Part shown: piece by piece, positions 36,430 through 62,292 of the stretch
Position numbering within the stretch: the stretch's first letter is position 1
Layout: each line of letters starts with the position of its first letter
DNA from: Macrostomum lignano
Taxonomy: Eukaryota
Direction of reading: 5' to 3'
DNA: 64,000 nucleotides
Assembly (NCBI GenBank): GCA_002269645.1
Contig: NIVC01002527.1
Span: forward strand, 16,294 to 80,293
Position numbers and translations under genes: made by a program
The notes under the pieces: model-generated
The model's database searches: none
Told to the model about the DNA's origin: nothing
Seen by the model: only the letters and a program-made list of their open reading frames with translations

Positions 36430-38062
36430 CCCCCCTAGCAGTATCCACCCCAGCAGTCTCCACCCCCTAGCAGTCTCCACCCCCTAGCAGTCTCCACCCC
36501 CTAGCAGTCTCCACCCCTAGCAGTCTCCACCCCCTAGCAGTCTCCACCCCCTAGCAGTCTCCACCCCCAGCAGTCTCCACCCCCCCTAGCAGTCTCCACC
36601 CCCTAGCAGTCTCCACCCCCAGCAGTCTCCACCCCCAGCAGTCTCCCCAGCAGTACCCCCAGCAGTCTCCACCCCCCCCAGCAGTCTCCACCCCAGCAGT
36701 CTCCACCCCCTAGCAGTCTCCACCCCCTAGCAGTCTCCACCCCAGCAGTATCCACCCCTAGCAGTCTCCACCCCCAGCAGTATCCACCCCTAGCAGTCTC
36801 CACCCCCTAGCAGTCTCCACCCCCAGCAGTCTCCACCCCCAGCAGTCTCCACCCCCTAGCAGTCTCCACCCCTAGCAGTCTCCACCCCCAGCAGTCTCCA
36901 CCCCCAGCAGTATCTGTCCCAGCAGTATCCACCCCCAGCAGTCTCCACCCCCTAGCAGTCTCCACCCCCTAGCAGTCTCCACCCCCAGCAGTCTCCACCC
37001 CAGCAGTATCTGTCCCAGCAGTATCCACCCCCAGCAGTCTCCACCCCCAGCAGTCTCCACCCCCAGCAGTCTCCACCCCTAGCAGTCTCCACCCCAGCAG
37101 TATCCACCCCCTAGCAGTATCCACCCCCTAGCAGTATCCACCCCTAGCAGTATCCACCCCTAGCAGTATCCACCCCTAGCAGTATCCACCCCCAGCAGTA
37201 TCCACCCCTAGCAGTATCCACCCCTAGCAGTATCCACCCCTAGCAGTATCCACCCCTAGCAGTATCCACCCCTAGGCCTAGCAGTATCGGTCCCCAGCAG
37301 TATCCGCCCCACCAGAACCCACCTCCACCAGAATCCGTCCCTGCAGTATCCGCCCCAGCAGTATCTGTCCCCTGCAGTATCCGCCCCCAGCAGTATCCGC
37401 CCCCAGCAGTATCCGCCCCCAAACAGTATCAGCCCCAGCAGTATCTGCCCCCAAACAGTATCCGCCCCTGTAGTATCCGCCCCCAGCAGTATCTGTCCCA
37501 GCAGTATCCGCCCCCAGCAGTATCTGTCCCAGCAGTATCCACCCCCAGCAGTCTCCACCCCCAGCAGTATCCACCCCCTAGCAGTCTCCACCCCTAGCAG
37601 TATCCACCCCTAGCAGTATCCACCCCCTAGCAGTCTCCACCCCCAGCAGTATCCACCCCTAGCAGTCTCCACCCCCAGCAGTATCCACCCCCAGAAGTAT
37701 CCACCCCCAGCAGTATCCACCCCTAGCAGTCTCCACCCCCAGCAGTCTCCACCCCTAGCAGTATCCACCAACTAGCAGTCTCCACCCCCAGCAGTATCCA
37801 ACCTCTAGCATTATCCACCCCTAGCAGTATCCACCCCCAGCAGTATCCACCCTCTAGCAGTATCCACCCCCTAGCAGTCTCCACCCCTAGCAGTATCCAC
37901 CAACTAGCAGTATCGGTCCCCAGCAGTATCCGCCCCACCAGAACCCACCTCCACCAGAATCCGCCCCTGCAGTATCCGCCCCCAGCAGTATCCGCCCCCA
38001 AGCAGTATCCGCCCCCAGCAGTATCCGCCCCCAGCAGTATCAGCCCCAGCAGTATCCGCCCC
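36430..38062. repeat. ~16-17-bp minisatellite (CAGCAGTCTCCACCCCC / TAGCAGTATCCACCCC)
   Basis: Read directly, with an internal duplicated variant block (CCACCAGAACCCACCTCCACCAGAATCCG at 37309 and 37936). Confidence 0.93.
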
Positions 38063-38164
38063 TGGGAAAATCCATCCGGCTCAAAAATCCGCTCAAATCT
38101 TATGAACGCTGATTCCAAGCATCCCCAACACGCCTACACAGAGACGCACAGCTCCAATCCATCC

Positions 38165-50207
<12,043 letters not shown>

Positions 50208-51589
50208 AAGCAGAACTCGCTGATAAAAGCTCAAAAGAAAATGCTGAAAATCTTTGAATTATTCCTAAACCCAAATGCTGCACTGCATCAATGCTTTTTT
50301 GTCGTAAAATTTCAATGTGTCTCAGTGTTATGCGCGTGTAAAATTTGTAAGAATAATACATTTCCAAACGCTTTACAATCTGCGCATTGTTGTCTCTCAA
50401 TCCAAGTTTCTTTTTTCTGGCAGGCGACAGCTGATAAAACTGCGTATCGGATCGGGGCGCTGCGAGAAGGAGAAATAGAGGTCAAGTGGCTCCAGATCCC
50501 ACTACAAAGATTGGCGCAGCTCAATGGAATTTACGCGCCGCTCATGATTAACGGCCTGTGTTAAGACATCGCGGCCCAACAGGGGGGTCACTGGGTCAGG
50601 AGCTGCTGCAGACAAAGAGGCGATTTATAGATAACGTCTCCTGATTGTTGATCTGACAGGGTGAACACTTCGACAAGTGGATGGATTCTCTTAGACCAGA
50701 GCCCGGACTCTCGCACCGAGCCAACATTAATTTGGGGCCAAGGGGGTCGGGTTGTACGATTGTAAATCCCTGTGTGACCGCTTGCCACAGCTCCGCTGCA
50801 AACTATCTGATCTTGAATTCGATGGCAACAATCGCTGCTGTCTCAAAGCCTTTCCGCGGCAGCAATCAGGATACAGTTTGTTCCTGACAATTCTGTTTGT
50901 GACGCAACACCCTCGGCTTCAAATTGAACCAGTAGATGCAGATGCAATCAACCCCCCAGTAAACGAAGACTGTGAGGAGGGGGATCGAGCCAGCGAGGGA
51001 TTGGGGATTCTATACACCCCTAGTGTCCCAATTTCTCGCACAGGCACGCAAAATGCAATTTCCAACTCGAGCGGGGGGTGACCGCGTGAGAAGATTTCAT
51101 TACGCCTGTTGCTTTGAGGCCTGAGAGACTGCACGAGGTCGCTAGAGAATGAGAAGAGAAGGCCGAGTCCAGTTTGGTGTCAAAGTCAAGCGAAAGTGCG
51201 CGGACTCGGTCGGCTGGTGCTGCTGGCTGGAGGACCCTGGGAGCAGAAGGGAAAGATCCATAGAGCCAGACCGCGACCCGCGAACTTCACTACTTAATCC
51301 ATTTTAACTTTACGTATTCAGATGGATAACTTTCATATGCCTCTTGGTGGTTGAGAAACAGAAACATTGAATATAAGTGCTGTGCACCGTCGCTTCATTG
51401 AAATTTAGTGTAAAATAGATGAATAATGGTTGCTATAGCCTACTTAAAGTAGGAAAATAGCAATTTACTTTTGTGACGCATCATTCTTATGCGAATTTTT
51501 TTGTCTCAAGGGTCGCATCTATTGCTTCAGCAGCGGGACTGACTTCTACTTGAAGTAATAAGAAAAAATGCCGCAAAACTTGCCTACTC

Positions 51590-54500
51590 CACGACTCTCC
51601 CAAATTCTGACTCTCCCCAACTCTTTCCAACTCTCCCCGACTCTTCCCGACTCTTCCCAACTCTCCTCAACTCTCCCCAACTCTTTCCAACTCTCCCCAA
51701 CTCTCCCCAACTCTCCCCGACTCTCCCCAACTCTTCCCAACTCTCCCTGACTCTTCCCGACTCTTCCCAACTCTCCCGACTCTTCCCGACTCTCCCCAAC
51801 TCTTCCCAACTCTTCCCAACTCTTCCCAACTCTTTCCAACTCTCCCAACTCTTCCCAACTCTCCCCAACTCTCCCCAACTCTTCCCAACTCTCTCCAACT
51901 CTCCCAACTCTCCCCGACTCTCTCCAACTCTCCCCAACTCTTTCCAACTCTTTCCAACTCTCCCCAACTCTCCCCAACTCTTTCCAACTCTCCCCAACTC
52001 TTCCCAACTCTTCCCAACTCTCACCAACTCTCCCCAACTCTTCCCAACTCTTCCCAACTCTCCCCAACTCTCCCCAACTCTTCCCAACTCTCTCCAACTC
52101 TCCCCAACTCTCCCCGACTCTCTCCAACTCTCCCCAACTCTTTCCAACTCTTTCCAACTCTCCCCAACTCTCCCCAACTCTTTCCAACTCTCCCCAACTC
52201 TTCCCAACTCTTCCCAACTCTCACCAACTCTCCCAACTCTTCCAACTCTTCCCAACTCTCCCGACTCTCCCCGACTCTCCCCAACTCTTCCCAACTCTTC
52301 CCAACTCTTCCCAACTCTCCCCAACTCTTCCCAACTCTTCCCAACTCTCCCCGGCTCTCTCCAACTCTTTCCAACTCTTTCCAACTCTCCCCAACTCTCC
52401 CCAACTCTTCCCAACTCTCCCCGACTCTCTCCAACTCTTCCCAACTCTCCCCGACTCTTCCCGACTCTTCCCAACTCTCCCCAACTCTTTCCAACTCTTT
52501 CCAACTCTCCCCAACTCTCCCCAACTCTCCCCAACTCTTTCCAACTCTTCCCAACTCTTTCCAACTCTCCCCAACTCTTCCCAACTCTTCCCAACTCTTT
52601 CCAACTCTTCCCAACTCTTTCCAACTCTCCCCAACTCTTCCCAACTCTTTCCAACTCTCCCCAACTCTTCCCAACTCTTCCCAACTCTCCCCGACTCTCT
52701 CCAACTCTTTCCAACTCTTTCCAACTCTCCCCAACTCTCCCCAACTCTTTCCAACTCTTTCCAACTCTTCCCAACTCTCCCCAACTCTCCCCAACTCTTT
52801 CCAACTCTCCCCGACTCTCCTCAACTCTTCCCAACTCTCTCCAACTCTCCCCAACTCTCCCCAACTCTCCCCAACTCTTCCCAACTCTCCCCGACTCTTC
52901 CCGACTCTTCCCAACTCTCCCCAACTCTTCCCAACTCTTCCCAACTCTCCCCAACTCTTCCCAACTCTTCCCAACTCTCCCCGACTCTCTCCAACTCTTT
53001 CCAACTCTTTCCAACTCTCCCCAACTCTCCCGACTCTCTCCAACTCTTCCCAACTCTTCCCAACTCTCTCCAACTCTCCCAACTCTCCCCGACTCTTCCC
53101 GACTCTTCCAACTCTCCCCAACTCTTCCCAACTCTTTCCAACTCTCCCCAACTCTCCCCAACTCTCCCCAACTCTTTCCAACTCTCCCCAACTCTCCCAA
53201 CTCTCCCCAACTCTTTCCAACTCTCACCAACTCTCCCCAACTCTCACCAACTCTCCCCAACTCTCCCGACTCTTCCCAACTCTCCCCAACTCTCCCCAAC
53301 TCTCTCCAACTCTCCCCAACTCTTTCCAATTCTCACCAACTCTCCCCAACTCTCCCCAACTCTTTCCAACTCTTCCCAACTCTTCCCAACTCTCTCCAAC
53401 TCTCCCCAACTCTCCCCGACTCTTCCCAACTCTTCCCAACTCTCCCCGACTCTTCCCGACTCTTCCCAACTCTCCCCAACTCTTCCCAACTCTTTCCAAC
53501 TCTCCCCAACTCTCCCCAACTCTCCCCAACTCTTCCCAACTCTTCCCAACTTTCCCCAACTCTTCCCAACTCTTCCCAACTCTTTCCAACTTTCCCCAAC
53601 TCTTCCCAACTCTTTCCAACTCTCCCCAACTCTCCCCAACTCTCCCCAACTCTCCCCAACTCTCCCCAACTCTCCCCAACTCTCACCAACTCTCCCCAAC
53701 TCTCACCAACTCTCCCCAACTCTTTCCAACTCTTCCCAACTCTCCCCAACTCTCCCCAACTCTTTCCAACTCTCCCCAACTCTTTCCAACTCTCACCAAC
53801 TCTCCCCAACTCTCACCAACTCTCCCCAACTCTCCCCGACTCTTCCCAACTCTTCCCAACTCTCCCCAACGCTCCCCAACTCTCCCCAACTCTTTCCAAC
53901 TCTCCCCAACTCTTCCCAACTCTCCCCGACTCTCTCCAACTCTCCCCAACTCTCCCCGACTCTTCCCAACTCTTCCCAACTCTCCCCAACGCTCCCCAAC
54001 TCTCCCCAACTCTTTCCAACTCTCCCCAACTCTTCCCAACTCTCCCCGACTCTCTCCAACTCTCCCCAACTCTTTCCAACTCTCCCCAACTCTCCCCAAC
54101 TCTTCCCAACTCTTCCCAACTCTTCCCAACTCTCCCCAACTCTTCCCAACTCTCCCGACTCTTCCCGACTCTTCCCAACTCTCCCCAACTCTCCCCAACT
54201 CTTTCCAACTCTCCCCAACTCTTCCAAACTCTTCCCAACTCTCCCCAACGCTCCCCAACTCTTCCCAACTCTTTCCAACTCTCCCCAACTCTTCCCAACT
54301 CTTCCCAACTCTTTCCAACTCTTCCAACTCTTTCCAACTCTTTCCAACTCTTTCCAACTCTTTCCAACTCTCCCCAACTCTTCCCAACTCTTCCCAACTC
54401 TCCCGACTCTCTCCAACTCTTCCAACTCTTTCCAACTCTCCCCAACTCTCCCCAACTCTTTCCAACTCTTTCCAACTCTTCCCAACTCTCCCCAACTCTC

Positions 54501-57500
54501 CCCAACTCTTCCCAACTCTCCCGACTCTCCTCAACTCTTCCCAACTCTCTCCAACTCTCCCCAACTCTCCCCGACTCTCCCCAACTCTTCCCAACTCTTC
54601 CCGACTCTTCCCGACTCTTCCCAACTCTTCCCAACTCTTCCCAACTCTTCCCAACTCTCCCCAACTCTTCCCAACTCTTCCCAACTCTCCCCGACTCTCT
54701 CCAACTCTTTCCAACTCTTTCCAACTCTCCCCAACTCTCCCCAACTCTTTCCAACTCTTCCCAACTCTTCCCAACTCTCTCCAACTCTCTCCAACTCTCC
54801 CCGAGTCTTCCCAACTCTTCCCAACTCTCCCCGACTCTTCCCGACTCTTCCCAACTCTCCCCAACTATTCCCAACTCTTTCCAACTCTCCCCAACTCTCC
54901 CCAACTCTCCCCAACTCATCCCAACTCTTCCCAACTTTCCCCAACTCTTCCCAACTCTTCCCAACTCTCCCGACTCTCTCCAACTCTCCCAACTCTTCCA
55001 ACTCTCCCCAACTCTCCCCAACTCTCCCCAACTCTCCCCAACTCTCCCAACTCTTTCCAACTCTCACCAACTCTCCCCAACTCTCACCAACTCTCCCCAA
55101 CTCTCCCCGACTCTTCCCAACTCTCCCCAACTCTCCCCAACTCTCTCCAACTCTCCCCAACTCTTTCCAACTCTCACCAACTCTCCCCAACTCTCCCCAA
55201 CTCTTTCCAACTCTTCCCAACTCTTCCCAACTCTCTCCAACTCTCCCCAACTCTCCCCGACTCTTCCCAACTCTTCCCAACTCTCCCGACTCTTCCCGAC
55301 TCTTCCCAACTCTCCCCAACTCTTCCCAACTCTTTCCAACTCTCCCCAACTCTCCCCAACTCTCCCCAACTCTTCCCAACTCTTCCCAACTTTCCCCAAC
55401 TCTTCCCAACTCTTCCCAACTCTCCCCGACTCTCTCCAACTCTCCCCAACTCTTCCAACTCTCCCCAACTCTCCCCAACTCTCCCAACTCTCCCCGACTC
55501 TCCTCAACTCTTCCCAACTCTCTCCAACTCTCCCCAACTCTCCCCGACTCTCCCCAACTCTTCCCAACTCTCCCCGACTCTTCCCGACTCTTCCCAACTC
55601 TCCCCAACTCTTCCCAACTCTTCCCAACTCTCCCCAACTCTTCCCAACTCTTCCCAACTCTCCCCGACTCTCTCCAACTCTTTCCAACTCTTTCCAACTC
55701 TCCCCAACTCTCCCCGACTCTCTCCAACTCTTCCCAACTCTTCCCAACTCTCTCCAACTCTCCCCAACTCTCCCCGACTCTTCCCAACTCTTCCCAACTC
55801 TCCCCGACTCTTCCGACTCTTCCCAACTCTCCCAACTCTTCCCAACTCTTTCCAACTCTCCTCAACTCTCCCAACTCTCCCCAACTCTTTCCAACTCTCC
55901 CCAACTCTCCCCAACTCTCCCCAACTCTTTCCAACTCTCACCAACTCTCCCCAACTCTCACCAACTCTCCCCAACTCTCCCCGACTCTTCCCAACTCTCC
56001 CCAACTCTCCCCAACTCTCTCCAACTCTCCCCAACTCTTTCCAATTCTCACCAACTCTCCCCAACTCTCCCCAACTCTTTCCAACTCTTCCCAACTCTTC
56101 CCAACTCTCTCCAACTCTCCCCAACTCTCCCCGACTCTTCCCAACTCTTCCCAACTCTCCCCGACTCTTCCCGACTCTTCCCAACTCTCCCAACTCTTCC
56201 CAACTCTTTCCAACTCTCCCCAACTCTCCCCAACTCTCCCCAACTCTTCCCAACTCTTCCCAACTTTCCCCAACTCTTCCCAACTCTTCCCAACTCTTTC
56301 CAACTCTCCCAACTCTTCCCAACTCTTTCCAACTCTCCCCAACTCTCCCCAACTCTCCCCAACTCTCCCCAACTCTCCCCAACTCTCCCCAACTCTTTCC
56401 AACTCTCACCAACTCTCCCCAACTCTCACCAACTCTCCCCAACTCTTTCCAACTCTTCCCAACTCTCCCCAACTCTCCCCAACTCTTTCCAACTCTCCCC
56501 AACTCTTTCCAACTCTCACCAACTCTCCCCAACTCTCACCAACTCTCCCCAACTCTCCCCGACTCTTCCCAACTCTTCCCAACTCTCCCCAACGCTCCCC
56601 AACTCTCCCCAACTCTTTCCAACTCTCCCCAACTCTTCCCAACTCTCCCCGACTCTCTCCAACTCTCCCCAACTCTCCCCGACTCTTCCCAACTCTTCCC
56701 AACTCTCCCAACGCTCCCCAACTCTCCCCAACTCTTTCCAACTCTCCCCAACTCTTCCCAACTCTCCCCGACTCTCTCCAACTCTCCCAACTCTTTCCAA
56801 CTCTCCCCAACTCTCCCCAACTCTCCCCAACTCTCTCCCGACTCTCCTCAACTCTTCCCAACTCTCTCCAACTCTCCCCAACTCTCCCCGACTCTCCCCA
56901 ACTCTTCCCAACTCTCCCCGACTCTTCCCGACTCTTCCCAACTCTCCCCAACTTTCCCAACTCTTCCCAACTCTCCCCAACTCTTCCCAACTCTTCCCAA
57001 CTCTCCCCGACTCTCTCCAACTCTTTCCAACTCTTTCCAACTCTCCCAACTCTCCCCGACTCTCTCCAACTCTTCCCAACTCTTCCCAACTCTCTCCAAC
57101 TCTCCCCAACTCTCCCCGACTCTTCCCAACTCTTCCCAACTCTCCCCGACTCTTCCCGACTCTTCCCAACTCTCCCCAACTCTTCCCAACTCTTTCCAAC
57201 TCTCCTCAACTCTCCCCAACTCTCCCCAACTCTTTCCAACTCTCCCCAACTCTCCCCAACTCTCCCCAACTCTTTCCAACTCTCACCAACTCTCCCCAAC
57301 TCTCACCAACTCTCCCCAACTCTCCCCGACTCTTCCCAACTCTCCCCAACTCTCCCCAACTCTCTCCAACTCTCCCCAACTCTTTCCAATTCTCACCAAC
57401 TCTCCCCAACTCTCCCAACTCTTTCCAACTCTTCCCAACTCTTCCCAACTCTCTCCAACTCTCCCCAACTCTCCCGACTCTTCCCAACTCTTCCCAACTC

Positions 57501-60202
57501 TCCCCGACTCTTCCCGACTCTTCCCAACTCTCCCCAACTCTTCCCAACTCTTTCCAACTCTCCCCAACTCTCCCCAACTCTCCCCAACTCTTCCCAACTC
57601 TTCCCAACTTTCCCCAACTCTTCCCAACTCTTCCCAACTCTTTCCAACTCTCCCCAACTCTTCCCAACTCTTTCCAACTCTCCCCAACTCTCCCCAACTC
57701 TCCCAACTCTCCCCAACTCTCCCCAACTCTCCCCAACTCTTTCCAACTCTCACCAACTCTCCCCAACTCTCACCAACTCTCCCCAACTCTTTCCAACTCT
57801 TCCCAACTCTCCCCAACTCTCCCCAACTCTTTCCAACTCTCCCCAACTCTTCCCAACTCTCACCAACTCTCCCCAACTCTCACCAACTCTCCCCAACTCT
57901 CCCGACTCTTCCCAACTCTTTCCCAACTCTCCCCAACGCTCCCCAACTCTCCCCAACTCTTTCCAACTCTCCCAACTCTTCCCAACTCTCCCCGACTCTC
58001 TCCAACTCTCCCCAACTCTCCCCGACTCTTCCAACTCTTCCCAACTCTCCCAACGCTCCCCAACTCTCCCAACTCTTTCCAACTCTCCCCAACTCTCCCC
58101 AACGCTCCCCAACTCTCCCCAACTCTTTCCAACTCTCCCCAACGCTCCCCAACTCTCCCCAACTCTTTCCAACTCTCCCCAACTCTTCCCAACTCTTCCC
58201 AACTCTTCCCAACTCTCCCCAACTCTTCCCAACTCTCCCCGACTCTTCCCGACTCTTCCCAACTCTCCCCAACTCTCCCAACTCTTTCCAACTCTCCCCA
58301 ACTCTTCCAAACTCTTCCCAACTCTCCCCAACGCTCCCCAACTCTTCCCAACTCTTTCCAACTCTCCCCAACTCTTCCCAACTCTTCCCAACTCTTTCCA
58401 ACTCTTCCCAACTCTTTCCAACTCTTTCCAACTCTTTCCAACTTTCCCAACTCTCCCCAACTCTTCCCAACTCTTCCCAACTCTCCCCGACTCTCTCCAA
58501 CTCTTTCCAACTCTTTCCAACTCTCCCCAACTCTCCCCAACTCTTTCCAACTCTTTCCAACTCTTCCCAACTCTCCCCAACTCTCCCCAACTCTTCCCAA
58601 CTCTCCCGACTCTCCTCAACTCTTCCCAACTCTCTCCAACTCTCCCCAACTCTCCCCGACTCTCCCCAACTCTTCCCAACTCTTCCCGACTCTTCCCGAC
58701 TCTTCCCAACTCTTCCCAACTCTTTCCAACTCTTCCCAACTCTCCCCAACTCTTCCCAACTCTTCCCAACTCTCCCCGACTCTCTCCAACTCTTTCCAAC
58801 TCTTTCCAACTCTCCCCAACTCTCCCCAACTCTTTCCAACTCTTCCCAACTCTTCCCAACTCTCTCCAACTCTCTCCAACTCTCCCCGAGTCTTCCCAAC
58901 TCTTCCCAACTCTCCCCGACTCTTCCCGACTCTTCCCAACTCTCCCCAACTATTCCCAACTCTCCCCAACTCTCCCCAACTCTCCCCAACTCATCCCAAC
59001 TCTTCCCAACTTTCCCCAACTCTTCCCAACTCTTCCCAACTCTTCCCAACTCTCCCCGACTCTCTCCAACTCTTTCCAACTCTTTCCAACTCTCCCCAAC
59101 TCTCCCCAACTCTTTCCAACTCTTCCCAACTCTTCCCAACTCTCTCCAACTCTCTCCAACTCTCCCCGAGTCTTCCCAACTCTTCCCAACTCTCCCCGAC
59201 TCTTCCCGACTCTTCCCAACTCTCCCCAACTATTCCCAACTCTCCCCAACTCTCCCCAACTCTCCCCAACTCATCCCAACTCTTCCCAACTTTCCCCAAC
59301 TCTTCCCAACTCTTCCCAACTCTTCCCGACTCTTCCCAACTCTCCCCAACTATTCCCAACTCTCCCCAACTCTCCCCAACTCTCCCCAACTCTTTCCAAC
59401 TCTCCCCAACTCTCCCCAACTCTCCCCAACTCTCCCCAACTCTCCCCAACTCTTTCCAACTCTCACCAACTCTCCCCAACTCTCACCAACTCTCCCAACT
59501 CTCCCCGACTCTTCCCAACTCTCCCCAACTCTCCCCAACTCTCTCCAACTCTCCCCAACTCTTTCCAACTCTCACCAACTCTCCCCAACTCTCCCCAACT
59601 CTTTCCAACTCTTCCCAACTCTTCCCAACTCTCTCCAACTCTCCCAACTCTCCCCGACTCTTCCCAACTCTTCCCAACTCTCCCCGACTCTTCCGACTCT
59701 TCCCAACTCTCCCCAACTCTTCCCAACTCTTTCCAACTCTCCCCAACTCTCCCCAACTCTCCCCAACTCTTCCCAACTCTTCCCAACTTTCCCCAACTCT
59801 TCCCAACTCTTCCCAACTCTCCCCGACTCTCTCCAACTCTCCCCAACTCTTTCCAACTCTCCCCAACTCTCCCCAACTCTCCCAACTCTCCCCAACTCTC
59901 CCAACTCTCCCCAACTCTCCCCAACTTTTTCCAACTCTCACCAACTCTTCCCAACTCTCACCAACTCTCCCCAACTCTCTCCCGACTCTTCCCAACTCTC
60001 CCCAACTCTCCCCAACTCTCTCCAACTCTCCCCAACTCTTTCCAACTCTCACCAACTCTCCCCAACTCTCACCAACTCTCCCCAACTCTCCCGACTCTTC
60101 CCAACTCTTCCCAACTCTCCCCAACGCTCCCCAACTCTCCCCAACTCTTTCCAACTCTCCCCAACTCTTCCCAACTCTCCCCAACTCTCCCCAACTCTCT
60201 CA
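51590..60202. repeat. 8.6-kb decamer satellite (CCAACTCTYY)n
   Basis: About 860 units with recurring variant blocks. Confidence 0.98.
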
Positions 60203-60860
60203 AACCCTTAAAAAAGTCACTCAGTGTCTCTAATACTGTTATCCACAAATAGCAAAAAAACAATACGCTCTACTGAAAGTAGAAGTGTCAGTAGAAACGG
60301 AAGTTTTCTGAGACTTTGAATTAAATTTAGCCACATAATAGTTTTCACATATATATTTAAACACTGTGATATTCAACATAAACGAACAAACTGATAAAGG
60401 TGATTTCTGACTGATTGTGTGAGCTCAATGAGAGTCTCCTGCGCGAACTTCTCAATTATGATTAAATCCCTTACACCGAGGTAACCAAGAAGCAATGTTC
60501 GGGCCTATTGTACACAGATCAAATATAAGCAAAAAAATAGCAAATTATTAATGGAAGGAAAGCCAACAAAGAAACGTGCACTTAAAAAGAAAATAAGCAA
60601 AACTTCAAAACGCAAAGAAGAAGATTTCATAGCCAATTTGAGGAAAAAACCCTTGTGCGCAAGCAGACGCAACTTCACAGTGCATTGTTGTTGGTGCATT
60701 GCGGAGTGTGTGGGGGTGGAGGCAAAATTTTAATAAACGATATAATGAGCTCAGGTGAAGCTTTTACATTTAAATTGGTTAATTAATTAGTTTATTTAAT
60801 TAGAAATTTGATATTTTGTCTGTTTATCTTTGTGTACACTGCGGGATGAGCCGTCGCTGT

Positions 60861-60980
60861 GGCGGCCTCAGAGACTGTAGGCGGCCTCAGAGACTGTAGG
60901 CGGCCTCAGAGACTGTAGGCAGCCTCAGAGACTGTAGGCAGCCTCAGAGACTGTAGGCGGCCTCAGAGACTGTAGGCAGT
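60861..60980. repeat. 19-bp repeat (GCGGCCTCAGAGACTGTAG), about 6 copies
   Basis: Overlaps the stop codon(s) of the minus-strand exon. Confidence 0.9.
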
Positions 60981-61770
60981 CGCTCCGGAGAAGCCCGGAT
61001 GGAACAGCAGGGCGTCCGCCTCGGCCAGCTTCTTGTCCGGCTGACCACCGCTGGCTGCGGCCACGGCGGCGGCGGCAGCGCGGCGGCCTGATGATGGAAC
61101 GGATACAGGTGATGATGATGATGGTGATGCTGAGGATGTTGGGCATAGTCGTCCATCGGTTGAAGTACTGCAGATGATGGTGCTGGCTGCTGGTGCTGCT
61201 GGTGCAGACTGTGACCCATCTGGTAGGATTGGTGTTCGTCTAGATGATGCGTAACCGGATGCTGCTGGTGATGGTGAAGATGGTGCACTGCGGTCTGGTG
61301 CTGGTACTGCGGGTACTGCTGCTGCTGAAGGTCTTCAACGGGCGAGGCGGAGGCCGCGCTGGCCCGGTCAGCGTGCGGCGGCGGTGACTCGACAGTCTGC
61401 TGGCCGGAGTACGGGGACATGATGGGGTAGAGATGCTGCGACTGCTGCTGCTGCAAGTAAGGCGCCATCTGCTGGTAGCCCATGGCAACTGGATGATGCG
61501 GCTGCGGCTGCTGCTGCATAAGCTGCTGGGTGCCCCGGCAGGACCCCCGTCGCTGCTGCTCCATTGGACGAAATTGACGATGATCCCGACGATGTTGACG
61601 ACGAGGAAGCGGCTGCGCCAACCGTTGGAGCTCGACGAAGTTCGTCCGGATTCTGAACCGCATAGGCTTTGGATTTGGCCGATCGGGCAAATCTTCGAGT
61701 TTGAGATCGATTGAGTCGTCTGGGCTGCCCAGGCGGGGATTCTGAAGGGGGGGGGAGATTTTCATGTATC
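60944..61770 (-). CDS. Q/H/P-rich low-complexity terminal exon of an unidentified gene, possibly a regulatory protein
   Basis: Acceptor CACCTGCAG at ~61771 and a 273-aa ORF with poly-Q and poly-H. The frame near the C-terminus is ambiguous, and upstream exons were not identified. Confidence 0.5.
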
Positions 61771-61839
61771 TGCAGGTGTCTGATTTTGATTTGAATCGGA
61801 ATAAGGATCAGCGATCAGGGATTAGGGAGGGATGCGGGA

Positions 61840-62292
61840 AGGGAATGGGAATGGGGATCAGGGAATGGGATCAGGGAATTGGGATCAGGGAATGGGATCA
61901 GGGAATGGGGATCAGGGAATGGGATCAGGGAATGGGATCAGGGAATGGGATCAGGGAATGGGGATCAGGGAATGGGGATCAGGGAATGGGGATCAGGGAA
62001 TTGGGATTAGGGAATGGGGATTAGGGAATGGGGATCAGGGAATGGGGATCAGGGAATGGGGATCAGGGATCGGGAATCAGGGAATGGCGGATCAGGGAAT
62101 GGGATCAGGGAATGGGGATCAGGGATCGGGAATCAGGGATCAGGCGATCGGGGATCAGGGATCAGGGATCGGCGATCAGGGATCGGGAATCAGGGATCAG
62201 GGATCGGGGATCAGGGATCAGGGATCGGGGATCAGGGATCGGGAATCAGGGATCAGGGATCGGGGATCAGTATCAGGGATCGGGGATCAGGG
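61840..62292. repeat. GGGAATGGGGATCA / GGGATCA 7-14-bp repeat
   Basis: Read directly. Confidence 0.93.

Noticed and set aside
50420-51134. Short ORFs after APCDD1 as retroelement pol remnants
   Set aside because: No RT, RNase H or integrase motifs recognisable.
51546-60184. Dozens of long ORFs (GRVGESWGEL..., up to 581 aa)
   Set aside because: Artefacts of a decamer satellite lacking stops on one strand. All three frames are open and give the same permuted peptide.
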